A stretch of DNA of 63,271 nt, filler included, from Octopus bimaculoides (taxonomy: Eukaryota): assembly GCF_001194135.2 (NCBI RefSeq). It is 8 parts of 8 records of this genome, joined end to end, with 100 filler letters (N's around TTAATTAATTAA, not from the genome) between each part and the next. Parts side by side here need not be neighbours in the genome. Positions count along the whole stretch, not along the records: positions 50,043 to 60,726 come from NC_068991.1; positions 60,827 to 63,271 come from NC_068982.1; 6 more parts are not named here. The stretch is one strand, 5' to 3'. Shown here one piece after another: positions 51,236 through 63,271 of this stretch. The position numbers and the translations under genes are program-made. The notes beneath the pieces were generated by a model, which was given only the letters and a program-made list of their open reading frames with translations, had not been told where the DNA came from and did not search any database. The stretch's first letter is position 1; every line of letters begins with the position of its first letter.

Positions 51236-52584
51236 AAAGATTATAACTTCGATATGAATATATACGTCAACTGTAAAAGATTTTGATAATTGGGACGTTA
51301 TTATATAAAAGTCTTAGTCATTCAGCTGCTAGTCTTTGTGATATATGACAGCAAAAAATGGCAGAAATTCAATACACGTTAACAAAGGAAAATGTTTGAT
51401 CTTTTAGAACGTTGATTAATATATTACAGAACTATTCACATTTTAACTTGTCAGTGATTTAAAATATTTTAATAGTTGTCTTGCTCTGCATCGACAAAAT
51501 TATATTAATTCTCAAAGGTTGTTTACAATATATCCTTTATATATCAATATATTCATTTCCTCTCGGAAACAAAGATAACATCTGTCGTGGCGGTGTTTAT
51601 AAAGTTTGACATGTTCTCACATATATAAACTAATTTTACAGTATGTAGTCTCGTGCAATATTTATGATATTATTTATTTTAATAAACTTCTATTCAAAGA
51701 GATTCAAATATTTCCAGGTATTTAGAATAATGCTGGTGTTGATTAATCCATGTCTTAAAATTATTTCCAGTTAATCCGATGTAATCTTAGGAATGTCAAT
51801 TACACTGTGTAACAAAATTTTAATTTTCTTTTGTCTTTGGTCAGTAAGAGTTATTTCCTCTTTCCTTCTTTCTAGAAATCAAAGGAAATTACCAGTAGTC
51901 CCTTCAGGCATTACCTTTGTGAGCTGGACATCAATGTTTTGAAACTGAACTATTTTCCATTACATTTCAGTTAGATTCAGCGTTCAGTAGCTGAAGCAGA
52001 AATATCGTTATAGCAAATATTCAGCTTAATATCACAGATTTACTTAACAGTTGCTTGACGTTAACTACTTGAGCATGTCTCTTAGTAGCTAAAAATATGT
52101 GCACCCTCTGATCATGAGCAGGCGTAATGGAGGAGAATCATAGCCATATGTTGAGAGAGATTCTTTGGGGTTTGAATAAATTTAACAAAAGCACAGTTTG
52201 AAGGAAATATTAGCAGTTTTTCACACTTTCTGGGAGCAGATAGATAAGAAATATCAAATGCAGCGCAAAGAAGAAAATTGTGTTACACATCGTTATTAGT
52301 GAGTAATCGTTGTGACCAGCATAACCGAAACGTTTTCCACATATCTCTCTCCTCATGCACACCACCCCGAGGATGTAGCTACCGTTTTTGTTAATCTCAT
52401 AAATAGCACATATTGCGACAGCCGCAACTTCAAAACGTTGGCGCCAACGGGGCATCCAACTATGGCAGCTTTTGAATGTGTTGCTATCTGAAAAGAAATA
52501 AGTGATATAAAATTAAGTTAAAGCATAAAACTTATTGTTTTCAAAAGAAGAGGAAAAGCGAAATTGAACAGGTAGCGAAGCAAA

Positions 52585-52935
52585 ATAGGACTGCAGTCAT
52601 GCTGGGATACCATGTTGAAGAGTTCAGTCGAACAAATAGACTCAAATGTTTATTGGTATTTATTCTGTCGGGAACTTTTGCCAAACCGCTAAGTTATGGA
52701 GACGTAAACAAACCAACACTTGCTGTCAAGCGGTGGTTGATTGTAACAAGCATAGAAAGAAAGAAACAGACATACATATGCATACAATGAGTTTCCGCAC
52801 AGTTTTCTTATATTAAATTCGCTCACAAAGCATGAGTCAGAACGAGGTTATAATAGAAAACATTTACCGAATGTAGTGTGCAGTGTGAATGAATCCAGAA
52901 CCATGTGGCTGCTAAATGAGCTGCTAAGCCACTCA
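52585..52935 (-). mobile_element. SINE family B (degenerate)
   Basis: GCAGTCATGCTGGGATACC..CAAACCGCTAAGTTATGGAGACGTAAACAAACCAAC..CCAGAACCATGTGG. Confidence 0.6.
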
Positions 52936-53689
52936 GCCGTGTCTGCGTCTATGTTCAAATTTTCTTCACATAACGGGGGAAAAAACACAAAGCAAGTTGA
53001 CGTGTACTCTTACATGATGGCAAGTATATCCTAACATGCACCTGCGTATATGCACGCACTAATTGATCCGGGTATTGATACGTTACCCAAACTATTTCAG
53101 CTCACACAAGACAGCTTGTCATTTCTTAGTGAACGGCCTAAATTCCGGGAGGGAACCAAGAACAAACCAACAAACCACTAAATAAATAAATAAAACAAAA
53201 TAAAACGAGAAAGTAGATATATAAATAAATACGTAGTTGATGGTGTTTTAACTACTCTGAAAGAGCCTTGTTTCTGTGTTTGGAAACCAATTATTCGCTT
53301 TTGGTGAGAACATTTTAAAATTATTCTAGAACATACAATCCAGCTTCATAAGCTTAAGTGGGTGACTAGCTTCGCAAAAGATGACGAAAATACAAAACAC
53401 TTTTTGTCCTTTCATGTTTAAAATCTTTTCTATAAAACTTTGCTACGAAGTTACTAGCCGTTTGAAATACACTTTCAAATACCAATCACGAAGAAAGAAT
53501 ATATTTATATAAAGTGACAAATGGAAGTAAATACACAGCTAACACATAAGTACATAACTACACAGAGATGTATACATAAATATAAACATTAAAACATATA
53601 TGGATTACGTACTCTACACGTGTGTCGTGACTACTCTTACATGGTCGCAATCACGCGCATGAATATATAAGTATGAATATATAAGTATG

Positions 53690-53721
<32 letters not shown>

Positions 53722-53963
53722 CATGTATGCATGTATGTATGTATGTATGTATTTCATTGTTCAGTTTTATTTCAAAATTTCTTGCTAATAGCAAACGAGC
53801 AGGTTTCTAACCTAGATTCAAAGCTGTATGTATGTATGCATGTATGTATGTATGTATGTATGTATGTATACATATATATACATACATATTCACTGATTGT
53901 TCCTTGCCAGAAGAATGCCACAGAGAAACAGAAACTGGAATGGAATTCACGAGATTCTTTATG

Positions 53964-54073
53964 AATCACAAAGATCGTTTCGAACCGTTTTGCATCGGTC
54001 CCGCGCGTGTGAGATACTACACAACTGGTTATGTTGCATCCTTTGATGTAAATGTGTCTCATCAGGTGACTTC
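53964..54073 (-). ncRNA. Degenerate hammerhead-like motif
   Basis: GAAGTCAC-CTGATGA-G...C-GAAACGATCTTT-GTGATT with a 6-bp stem I. Stem III is one substitution from the palindrome ACGATCGT; stem II is poorly paired. Confidence 0.35.
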
Positions 54074-54489
54074 CAAAAGGTACCCCGTTCAATGAATCAG
54101 TTTTGCTCGGTTAACCATACAGCATGGCGTTATTTGTTCGTAAGTGGTTCCCTATAATATTCGTGGATGACATCAGATAGCCATAGACAGTGAACGTGCT
54201 TTAATATTCATACTACCAGGTGTATACCAAAGCAACGTGAAATGAAGTGTTTCGCTAAACACAAGGTATCGCCTGGAATCGAAACCACAATTTTACGATC
54301 ATGGATGCAGAAGATCACCCACTGAGAAACACACCTACGTAGGCGCGCGCATAACACGACCCCCTTAAAACTACGATCTTTTCAGCACTCCCTCTTATAT
54401 ATTAATATATTTCGCTTTGGTATTGCTAGACTATTAACCCAGTATATATTAATATACCTATATACCTATTAAGGTAGAGAGCTGATATA

Positions 54490-54685
54490 TTCGTTGCACA
54501 AAGAGTAGAATTTTAGCGGCATTCCGTCCGTCAATACGTTCTGAGTTCAAATTCTGCTGAGGTTGACCTATCCATTCATCTTTTCAGGGTCTGTAAAATA
54601 AATACCAGTCGAGTCTTGGGATGGATGTAATCTACTTACTCCCTCATCCGAAACTGCAGGACCTTGTGTCAAAATTTGAAATCAA
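54490..54685 (+). mobile_element. SINE family A
   Basis: TTAGCGGCATTCCGTCCGTC..ACGTTCTGAGTTCAAATTC..AAATACCAGT..CCTTGTGTCAAAATTTGAAATC. Confidence 0.75.
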
Positions 54686-55730
54686 TATACATATATACAT
54701 ACAAATAATATAGATATACTGTTATTCTGCTAAATTGTATGCATATAGGAATATTTTATCCCTATTTAAAACTCTAATATTATAACTTATAAATGAACCC
54801 AACCGTGTATGGGGGAACAGCTTTCCATGTAGATACGCTATGTAGAATATATATCTGTTCTTGTTCAAACCATTTTATTTATCAATGTCACTTCATATTA
54901 AGGGAACCTTGTAGATTATTTGGAACAGTACAATTCTTATATTCATGATCAACGTTCCTCAAGCGCCATAACTTTCTCGTTAGTAAACAATGAGGTTGCC
55001 TCGTGTTATTACTCATTTATGTTAAGCAAACCAAACCTAAACGGTTTTCATATTGCCGACAGAAGATGAATTTTCATCGTTAGGTATTTACACTATCCAT
55101 CAAGATTTTATTTCTGTTTGTGACAAACATAAGATGACTACCTGTATATTATGGCATTGCGCTCTGATATGAATGTCGCTTTACTCTTTCGTTTATGCTT
55201 CTGAAACATTCTGATCGATGGATACATACTAATGTTGTCACCTATCAAACTGTATTTTGTATTTCATGATTATATCCGTGTATATACATGTATTATATAC
55301 ACAGATATACGCATAAACAAATATATATAGACACACACAGAATCACACAGCAGCTCACACATACATTCATGCATAAACACACACACATCACACACATATA
55401 TATATATATGCACATACAAAAAGCGTGTATGTATGAATAAGCTTAAGAGTAAATTTGTAATTGTGCGCTACTGCGTGTATATATTTGTATGTAAACATAT
55501 TTCAAAATGGAATTTAGTTACGATAAGAATATGCACAATTTCTTCATTACATCATTTACTGTTTTCTTTCTTTCCTATTTTGTTTTGTTCTATTTCCTGA
55601 TAAAGAGCCTACGTCCGAAAAGTTATTTCTAGTTCTAATTCTCTGAATGTGAAAATAACTAAAACCTGTATTATATTTTATATTGTCTTGTGTTTTTGTT
55701 CCTATTTTGAAAGTAATATTGTTTTTCGCT

Positions 55731-55787
<57 letters not shown>

Positions 55788-55820
55788 GATCTATCTATCT
55801 ATCTATCTATCTATCCATCC

Positions 55821-55884
<64 letters not shown>

Positions 55885-55885
55885 G
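55731..55885. repeat. (TATC)n microsatellite
   Basis: Direct reading. Confidence 0.95.
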
Positions 55886-57604
55886 TTTTTCTGTCTACCT
55901 GTCTGTCTATCCATCTATCTATCAATCTGTCTTTCCACCTATCAATCAATCTATCTGTATAACTGTCTTTTATTTAACTATTCATCTATTTATGTATATG
56001 CACAAACACATATAAATGTGTGGATATATATNNNNNNNNNNNNNNNNNNNNNNNNNNNNNNNNNNNNNNNNNNNNNNNNNNNNNNNNNNNNNNNNNNNNN
56101 NNNNNNNNNNNNNNNNNNNNNNNNNNNNNNNNNNNNNNNNNNNNNNNNNNNNNNNNNNNNNNNNNNNNNNNNNNNNNNNNNNNNNNNNNNNNNNNNNNNN
56201 NNNNNNNNNNNNNNNNNNNNNNNNNNNNNNNNNNNNNNNNNNNNNNNNNNNNNNNNNNNNNNNNNNNNNNNNNNNNNNNNNNNNNNNNNNNNNNNNNNNN
56301 NNNNNNNNNNNNNNNNNNNNNNNNNNNNNNNNNNNNNNNNNNNNNNNNNNNNNNNNNNNNNNNNNNNNNNNNNNNNNNNNNNNNNNNNNNNNNNNNNNNN
56401 NNNNNNNNNNNNNNNNNNNNNNNNNNNNNNNNNNNNNNNNNNNNNNNNNNNNNNNNNNNNNNNNNNNNNNNNNNNNNNNNNNNNNNNNNNNNNNNNNNNN
56501 NNNNNNNNNNNNNNNNNNNNNNNNNNNNNNNNNNNNNNNNNNNNNNNNNNNNNNNNNNNNNNNNNNNNNNNNNNNNNNNNNNNNNNNNNNNNNNNNNNNN
56601 NNNNNNNNNNNNNNNNNNNNNNNNNNNNNNNNNNNNNNNNNNNNNNNNNNNNNNNNNNNNNNNNNNNNNNNNNNNNNNNNNNNNNNNNNNNNNNNNNNNN
56701 NNNNNNNNNNNNNNNNNNNNNNNNNNNNNNNNNNNNNNNNNNNNNNNNNNNNNNNNNNNNNNNNNNNNNNNNNNNNNNNNNNNNNNNNNNNNNNNNNNNN
56801 NNNNNNNNNNNNNNNNNNNNNNNNNNNNNNNNNNNNNNNNTATATATATATATATAGACATATTTATATATACATACATACATATATATAAACACACACG
56901 CATATATAAGCACCTACATATATATGTATATATGCCACCATTTTGATTCGATTGTTAAGTCTTATTGCTTTATTGCATGGCTTTTCGTAACAGCAATAAA
57001 TAAAGCATCTAATAATATATAACACAGATGAAACTGACTGAGAAATAATAGCGCTATGTGTTATTAGCTTTAAAATGAAACTATGTAGATTTATTGATAA
57101 AAGGAAATTGAAATGGCAAACGAAACAGATGCCAGAGGAGGAGATTCTGACAACTACATGTATAAAAGCATCGACTACGAATTCAACGTCTTCGACATAA
57201 AGTGATGACTGTGTAATTAAGACACTAATGTAGTCAGACGGAGAAATAGAGAAAGAAAAATAGAGAAAGAAAAGCAGCGATGTATTATATTATGAAAGGA
57301 AGGGGAAAAATGGTAAGCGAAGGAGAGAGAGAGAGCGGGGGAATATATGAGATGAGAGATTTTAAATAAATATCGTATGTATTATTTATTCTGTGTGAGA
57401 GAAGCAAGCAGAAACAATCTATGATGATAAACGATTGTATTATTGGTGAAAAGGTTATCTTCTTCTTCCAAATCATAAGCATCGCCGTCAGCAACACAGC
57501 TCTTATGATAATAAAAACGATGATGACGACGATGACAAAACAACAACAGCAGCAACAACAACAACAACAATAACAATAATAATAATATTTCTTTCAAATT
57601 TTGA

Positions 57605-57960
57605 TGTTAGGCCAGTATGTTTTGGAGCAGCAGACTAGTCGATTACATCGACCTCAGTGTTCAAATGGTATTTAATCTACAGACCTCGAAAGAATGAATG
57701 GCAAAGTCGACCTTGGTGGAATTTGAACTCAGAACAATAAAGGTGGACGAAATGTCACTAAGCATTTTGAGAACTGCAAATTCCTGTGGGATTTGATGAT
57801 CCAGTTCGATCAGATGACCAGACATAGGAAATCGGACATTGTTGTGATAAATTAAAAAGAAAGAACATGTATGTGACAACAGGATCAATGTGAAAGAAGA
57901 AAAAAATAAGCAATGACGATTTAAAGTGCGAAATACGAAGCTTGTGGTCAATGAAAAGAG
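57605..57960. mobile_element. SINE family A (-, 57605-57765) adjoining an R4 RLE fragment (+, 57780-57960)
   Basis: GGCAAAGTCGACCTTGGTGGAATTTGAACTCAGAAC, then WDLMIQFDQMTRHRKSDIVVI (WDF.IQTD...RPDIV-like). Confidence 0.65.
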
Positions 57961-59149
57961 TAGACGTGATACCTACAGTTCCTCGAATTTAGTCACTCGT
58001 TTAAAGCAAAAAGAATGATGGCATCACAAATAAAGGTATTGATAGCCGTGAAGACAGTTACCATGAAAAGTATTTCCCACACTTTCCTCGCACTAATCCC
58101 ACAATAAACACAACACGTAGCACTATCGAAGCAGCTGGAGTAATGTCAAATGTTTGAACAACCTAAACGACTACAATATTCCCCGCAAGGAAACACCAGC
58201 AACACTACCGCCACCAAATCAATACAAATTTCCACAGTCATTACAGTAATGTTACTACCACCAGCAACAGCACCGTTTCTACTACAATCGCTGACGAGTC
58301 AAAACTCAGAAAAGGTCTGTTTAACAACAACAAATATCACATCTTCCATTTCTACTGCATCCGTCACATCCATTGACACCTAAAGTTGTGACAGTCGCAA
58401 GACTACAAGCACCAAAGAGTGTGTAGCTTAATAGTAAACCAAACATGAGCTGTAGAGAAAAATATTAATAGAAGGACATATCATTCTCCAAACTGACTGA
58501 AAGAAGAGTAAACTCGTTGCTAACCTATGACACAATCGATCGAACCAATCGACGCCCGATGTCTTACTGTTGCATCGGTGTTATGACTTGGTGTTGCGAC
58601 AAGGCTACACACAACATTAGAATACACATAGGAATCCTAAAAGCAACACATGGACCTCACCACAAAATAAAAACAAAATATATTTTATTAATTATTAGGG
58701 ACAATTAACTTAAGTATACCTAAAGGAAGACATGTTATTTGTGGAAATATCGACGATCAGGCGGAAAGACGATTGCTTGTTACTCCACAAGGTTCATTGC
58801 TTTATTATTTTTTTTTCATTTCCAACATAACCTGACTCATTAATAATAGTACCAATGCTCATGGTCTGGAGGTTGCCTTAGATATAAGGCCTTCTAGTGA
58901 ATGGCTTCAGGTTACTAGGCATACAAGTGATAGCCAGAATACTCCAGCACTTCCATCCGTCTCCAACTTTGACAACAAAGGTACGAAAGTCTCTAATATA
59001 TATTCTAGATGTTCCAGTATGATTATAAGTATAGTGTAATGATTAGGCATACTGGGCCTTATCTTGAGATTCTGTTTCATAGGCATAAGTAATCACAGCA
59101 CCTGTACTACAATTCATACATATACACACATACACATATACACAGATCG

Positions 59150-59368
59150 CAAAGATAAAGCATTGTACAAGGATTTGAGGATGAATGAAACTAAAAATAG
59201 GTGGATAAAGAAAATAATGCATGGACACTTTCATAGAGATGCTGAAGGTAAGGCAGACAGGAAAAAAATGGCTATGAATGACTAAAAGTAATTTAAAACC
59301 GGAAAAGGAGGCGCTAATCTGTGCTGCCCAAGGGCAAGCGTTAAGAACCAATTACATCAAATACAGAA
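59150..59368 (+). mobile_element. R4/Dong fragment
   Basis: ETKNRWIKKIMHGHFHRD..LKPEKEALICAAQGQALRTNYIKYR, homologous to 14600-14800. Confidence 0.8.
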
Positions 59369-59369
59369 A

Positions 59370-59820
59370 GTGATAAGTGCAGTATCTGTCCTCATGCCTT
59401 TCAGCCTTGTCCACCAAGGAACGTCTTTCGCCACAGTCACCAGGCAGGGGGAAAACTGCCTTGCCTGCCTGATTGAAGGAGGTTGGGGGTGCGATAATCA
59501 CTACAGACTCGGTCGACAGACAGATCCATCCCATCCATCCCACACGTGACAGCAGCAGACATAACACCCACCAGACCTCAATGCCCGGACACTGGACGGT
59601 TTCGTCACTCTGTGTGCACCGCGGACAAGGCTGTCTGTCAGCACACCCGTGCCTGTAGAGTTTATCTCGAACCGGTAGCGCTCTCCGGCAACACTGTCAG
59701 GCCAAGGACATCTGAAAGTTCTCCATGATCGTTCCCGGTCGGAAAGTCTTCGGGAACAGACTAACCAGTTTGTTCTTGTCGGGCCCCAGAGTCTCCCCGA
59801 GAACGTCTTCCCTAATTCTC
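59370..59820 (-). mobile_element. L1/Tx1-type LINE C-terminal fragment
   Basis: GC-rich; reads ALPVRDKLYRHG...CPRCTQSDETVQ..C..LLSRVG (L1/Tx1 CCHC region). Confidence 0.7.
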
Positions 59821-59826
59821 ATAATG

Positions 59827-59879
<53 letters not shown>

Positions 59880-60069
59880 TATTATTATTATTATTATTAT
59901 TATTATAATAATCATAATAATATTAATAATGATGATCATGATGAGCATGATGATCATGATAAAGATGAAGATGATGAAGGTGGTGTTGGTAGTGATGATG
60001 GTGGTGATGATGATGGTGATGATGATGATGATGATGATAATAATAATGATGATAATAATAATAATAATG

Positions 60070-60103
<34 letters not shown>

Positions 60104-60150
60104 TAATAATAGTAACAACAACAACAACAACAACAATAATAATAATTATA
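59821..60150. repeat. Compound (AAT)n/(ATT)n/(GAT)n/(AAC)n microsatellite
   Basis: Direct reading. Confidence 0.95.
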
Positions 60151-60826
60151 ATATTTTTAGACTATCTTTGTTATAGGCTGTGATGAATGCGTCATGTTTC
60201 GAACTTAATGATACCAAGTGGCAAATGTGTGAACTTCTTGAAGGAAGAAAACCAAAAGAGAAATAAATCAGACTGTGCATGTACGTGATTTATTACCAGT
60301 TCCAGCAACTATTCTAACTAATTAGCGATTACCGGCATCGTTTGTGGAAAAATGATAGTCATTGTTAGGTTTTAAAATTTATAGTTTCTATGTTTAAAGT
60401 AATGCTTGCATTCCATTCCCTCCACCACCCAGTGGCTGTGAAGTGTTCTGATCTCAACTGTATTCAACGCTACCAGATCCGGGTATTTTCTAACCGTTAT
60501 TTTTTTTTCGGCTTCAAATTCTCACGCAATCAATGGGTTCCTTATGTCATGCACTAAGTTATCCATACAACTTCATGTCAACCTGCGCAGTTCTGCTTCT
60601 CCATATTTAAAGACGTCATTGAATTTGGTCACGAACTTAAAATAAACTAACCAACGTTTTTTTTTGTTTTTTTTTTTGATAAATCTTTTACCACCGAGCT
60701 CAACGACTATCTCTGGTGAAAGAGACNNNNNNNNNNNNNNNNNNNNNNNNNNNNNNNNNNNNNNNNNNNNTTAATTAATTAANNNNNNNNNNNNNNNNNN
60801 NNNNNNNNNNNNNNNNNNNNNNNNNN

Positions 60827-60993
60827 AAGCACCCACTACACTCTCTGAGTGGTTGGCGTTAGAAAGGGCATCCAGCTGTAGAAACTCTGCCAAATCAGAT
60901 TGGAGCCTGGTGTAGCCATCTGGTTTCACCAGTCCTCAGTCAAATCGTCCAACCCATGCTAGCATGGAAAGCGGACGTTAAACGACGACGACG
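60827..60993 (+). mobile_element. RTE LINE 3' UTR fragment
   Basis: Reverse complement of 49722-49890, with a (GAC)n tail. Confidence 0.8.
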
Positions 60994-61113
60994 ATATATA
61001 CATATATATACATACATACATACATACATACATACATACATACATAATATATATATATACACATATACATACATACACACTATATATTTATATCTACATA
61101 CACACACACACAC

Positions 61114-61151
<38 letters not shown>

Positions 61152-61209
61152 TACACATATACATATATACATACATATACATATATACATACACACCTAT
61201 ATATATATT

Positions 61210-62030
61210 TATTTAAAGGACACAATACATCTTTAAGTGCTACTAATAGTTTCATATGTTGAGAAATATCTCAAACATATTCATCAGCCATAAACCACAT
61301 GTAATAATGAACAAAAACAATTGAATAAGTGAAGAAATGATAAAAGGCTGAGAAGGCAGCATATAGAAAACATGGAAGGTTAAAAAAATGGAAAAGTAAG
61401 CACTAAAAGATAAAAAGTGAGAAGTAAATTATAAAGCTGGAAAGATATCAACAAGTTAATCTGGGTATAGGAAGAATTTTTCACTTTTTCAAAATATATT
61501 TATACATATGTTAGCAACTGCTGAAAATTTCAAACTAAGAGTTCAGTGGAGTTAGGGATGTTAGATCTGAAAAGGATCTGAACTCTTTCAGCTAAACATA
61601 GCCTCCTATATTTATTTGATCATAAGATGTGGATTTGTCAATTATTTTCTACTTAATCACATGTAGTGTTTTGTTAGCTTTCAAACCTCATGTGCAGCTA
61701 GCTAACTTAGTTGCTTTTTCCTTATGTCGTAAGAAGGTTATGAGATTGGTATTTTTAAAATCTCCTTCACATAATCCAGTATAGGTCTTTTTATCTGTTG
61801 TATTATCATTTAGTGTTGCAGTAACTTCTGCCTCATGCTGCCTTCTCAGATTTTTTGCATTTCTCTTATTCAATTTCATTTTTACTTCATTGGTATGTGG
61901 CTTGTGCCTGATGAGTATGTTTGAGATATTAGTAGCACTTAAAGACATGTATTATGTTCTTTAAGTAGATAATTTTTATCTCTCACCAGATGGAGTACTT
62001 TTTGTTGATCTTTCTATCATGGAACAGTAC

Positions 62031-62072
<42 letters not shown>

Positions 62073-62962
62073 TTTATGTATATATTAATATTATCAGAGT
62101 TATTAAAACTTTTGATAATTAAAATACGTTAATACTTACCAGAGGTAGCAAAATTACACTAAAAAAACAAGATATCACAGCCGTTTTACAGGTAGAGATA
62201 CCAAGTTAAAGTGATACATTTTGAGAAGATATGGATAATAATAAATGGAGCAAAACACATGTCAACAAAAGTTCCTTTAATTCCTACACATGTTTCAAAA
62301 CAAATGAGAGCTCTTTCACAAAGAAGAAAGAGCTGTTGGGGTTCCTCATTTATTTCTCTTCAGGGAGTTCATAATAAAATATGTAATAGCAAGGCAAAAA
62401 CGAAATGATGTGGTAACTTATGAGCAGAGATGTTACATAGTTAGTGACCATTAGAAGGTTTGTTTACATAGAGATATAAAGGGGTCAATGATATTATTCC
62501 ATGGGCTTTAGGAATAAGAACGCTTGTTTACATAGAGATATAAAGGGAGGGTGTTTTTGACGTGATGCTAAAGGTTAAACTCAGAGAGTTATTTAAATAG
62601 GGGGAGATAAATATGTTATGGTTCTGTTAAATTAGAAAGAGCTAATTGCTGAGTCAAAAAAGGGGGAGGAAGGGAGGGAACTAAGGTAGTACATCATATG
62701 AGGGAACCTAATGACATATTTATATGTAGCGAAGAAAGTGAATAAAAATGAAAGTAAATGAAACATTGTAGTCTAGTGAAGGTTTGCATATGTGTGTGTG
62801 TGCGCGTATATACATGTGTACAAACACGTGCGTGCACGTACATGTACACACGCATATATATACATATATATATATACATTTGTTTTGAAACATGTGTAAG
62901 AATTAAAGGAACTTTTATTGACATGCGTTTTGCTCCATTTATTATTATCCATATCTTCTCAA
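61210..62962 (-). mobile_element. Rearranged Penelope-like element relics (GIY-YIG region, terminal repeat with hammerhead, inverted partial terminal repeat)
   Basis: 61690-61950 (-) reads NISNILIRH...KKTYTGLCEGDFK, a Penelope GIY-YIG-type segment. A homologous inverted piece lies at 61210-61400 (+). A pyrimidine-rich UTR leads into CTGAAGA..GAAAC, and 62221-62306 is inverted at 62877-62962. Confidence 0.7.
62279..62369 (-). ncRNA. Type I minimal hammerhead ribozyme in a Penelope-like terminal repeat
   Basis: Minus strand reads AACTCC-CTGAAGA-GAAATAAATGAG..hairpin..CTCATTTGTTTT-GAAAC-ATGT-GTA-GGAATT. It has the core boxes, a 12-bp stem II base, a self-complementary stem III (ACATGTGT), a GUA triplet and stem I paired at 5 of 6 positions. 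Confidence 0.75.
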
Positions 62963-63271
62963 TATATATATATATATATATATATATTAATAGCTATCGC
63001 CAAGCCAACATGGCAGTCCCAAAATTAGGACGAAAGCTGCCGTGAATTAGCTCCAAGAAGCCATCGCCTCTAGCTAGCTATGTGACACATGAAACCTGTG
63101 TCCTTTATAACCCTCGAACAGGGGAGGTCAGCAGTTTCCCCTTGCTGGTTTGGCATCTGCAGACTAGTTTCAGGGTGTTGCCCCTTGTCAATGCAGAGCA
63201 GCCAAGCTCCAGCCAGGCGGTGCTGCTGACTATCTGTTCGAAGGTTATTTATCTAATTTCAGTGGAATCTA

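Noticed and set aside
53832-54095. 87-aa ORF with a non-repetitive C-terminal half
   Set aside because: It starts inside an (ATGT)n microsatellite, has no recognisable homology or splice context, and overlaps the hammerhead-like relic on the other strand.
63005-63045. GTCC...GGACGAAA hairpin resembling hammerhead stem II
   Set aside because: No CUGANGA box upstream; the sequence looks like the 5' region of a retroelement cut by the window edge.

Overview
AT-rich, microsatellite- and transposon-dense animal genomic DNA with many assembly gaps. The repeat content and the large single-exon C2H2 gene suggest a coleoid cephalopod, probably Octopus (inference). Three host genes are supported. (1) A spliced coding exon equivalent to exon 2 of Wnt7 (+, 393-622). 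(2) A 1219-aa single-coding-exon gene with 12 C-terminal C2H2 fingers (-, 3488-7147). (3) Three small exons missing from the ORF track that splice in frame into a C-terminal segment of exocyst subunit EXOC4/Sec8 (-, 47346-47556, 38891-38941, 38074-38105). I could find neither the downstream Wnt7 exons nor the downstream EXOC4 exons between the two genes. They therefore appear interleaved on opposite strands with the ZNF gene inside, unless a scaffold join is wrong. The rest is decayed TEs: RTE LINEs (some with a PHD-like or a tandem C2H2 module), R4/Dong, Tx1/L1, Penelope-like, Helitron, mariner, maT (DD37D), two SINE families and a small MITE with a telomere-repeat core. A complete type I minimal hammerhead ribozyme fold lies in the Penelope-like relic (-, 62279-62369). 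All assignments are by eye or from recalled family motifs; no database searches were run, and most TE boundaries are approximate.
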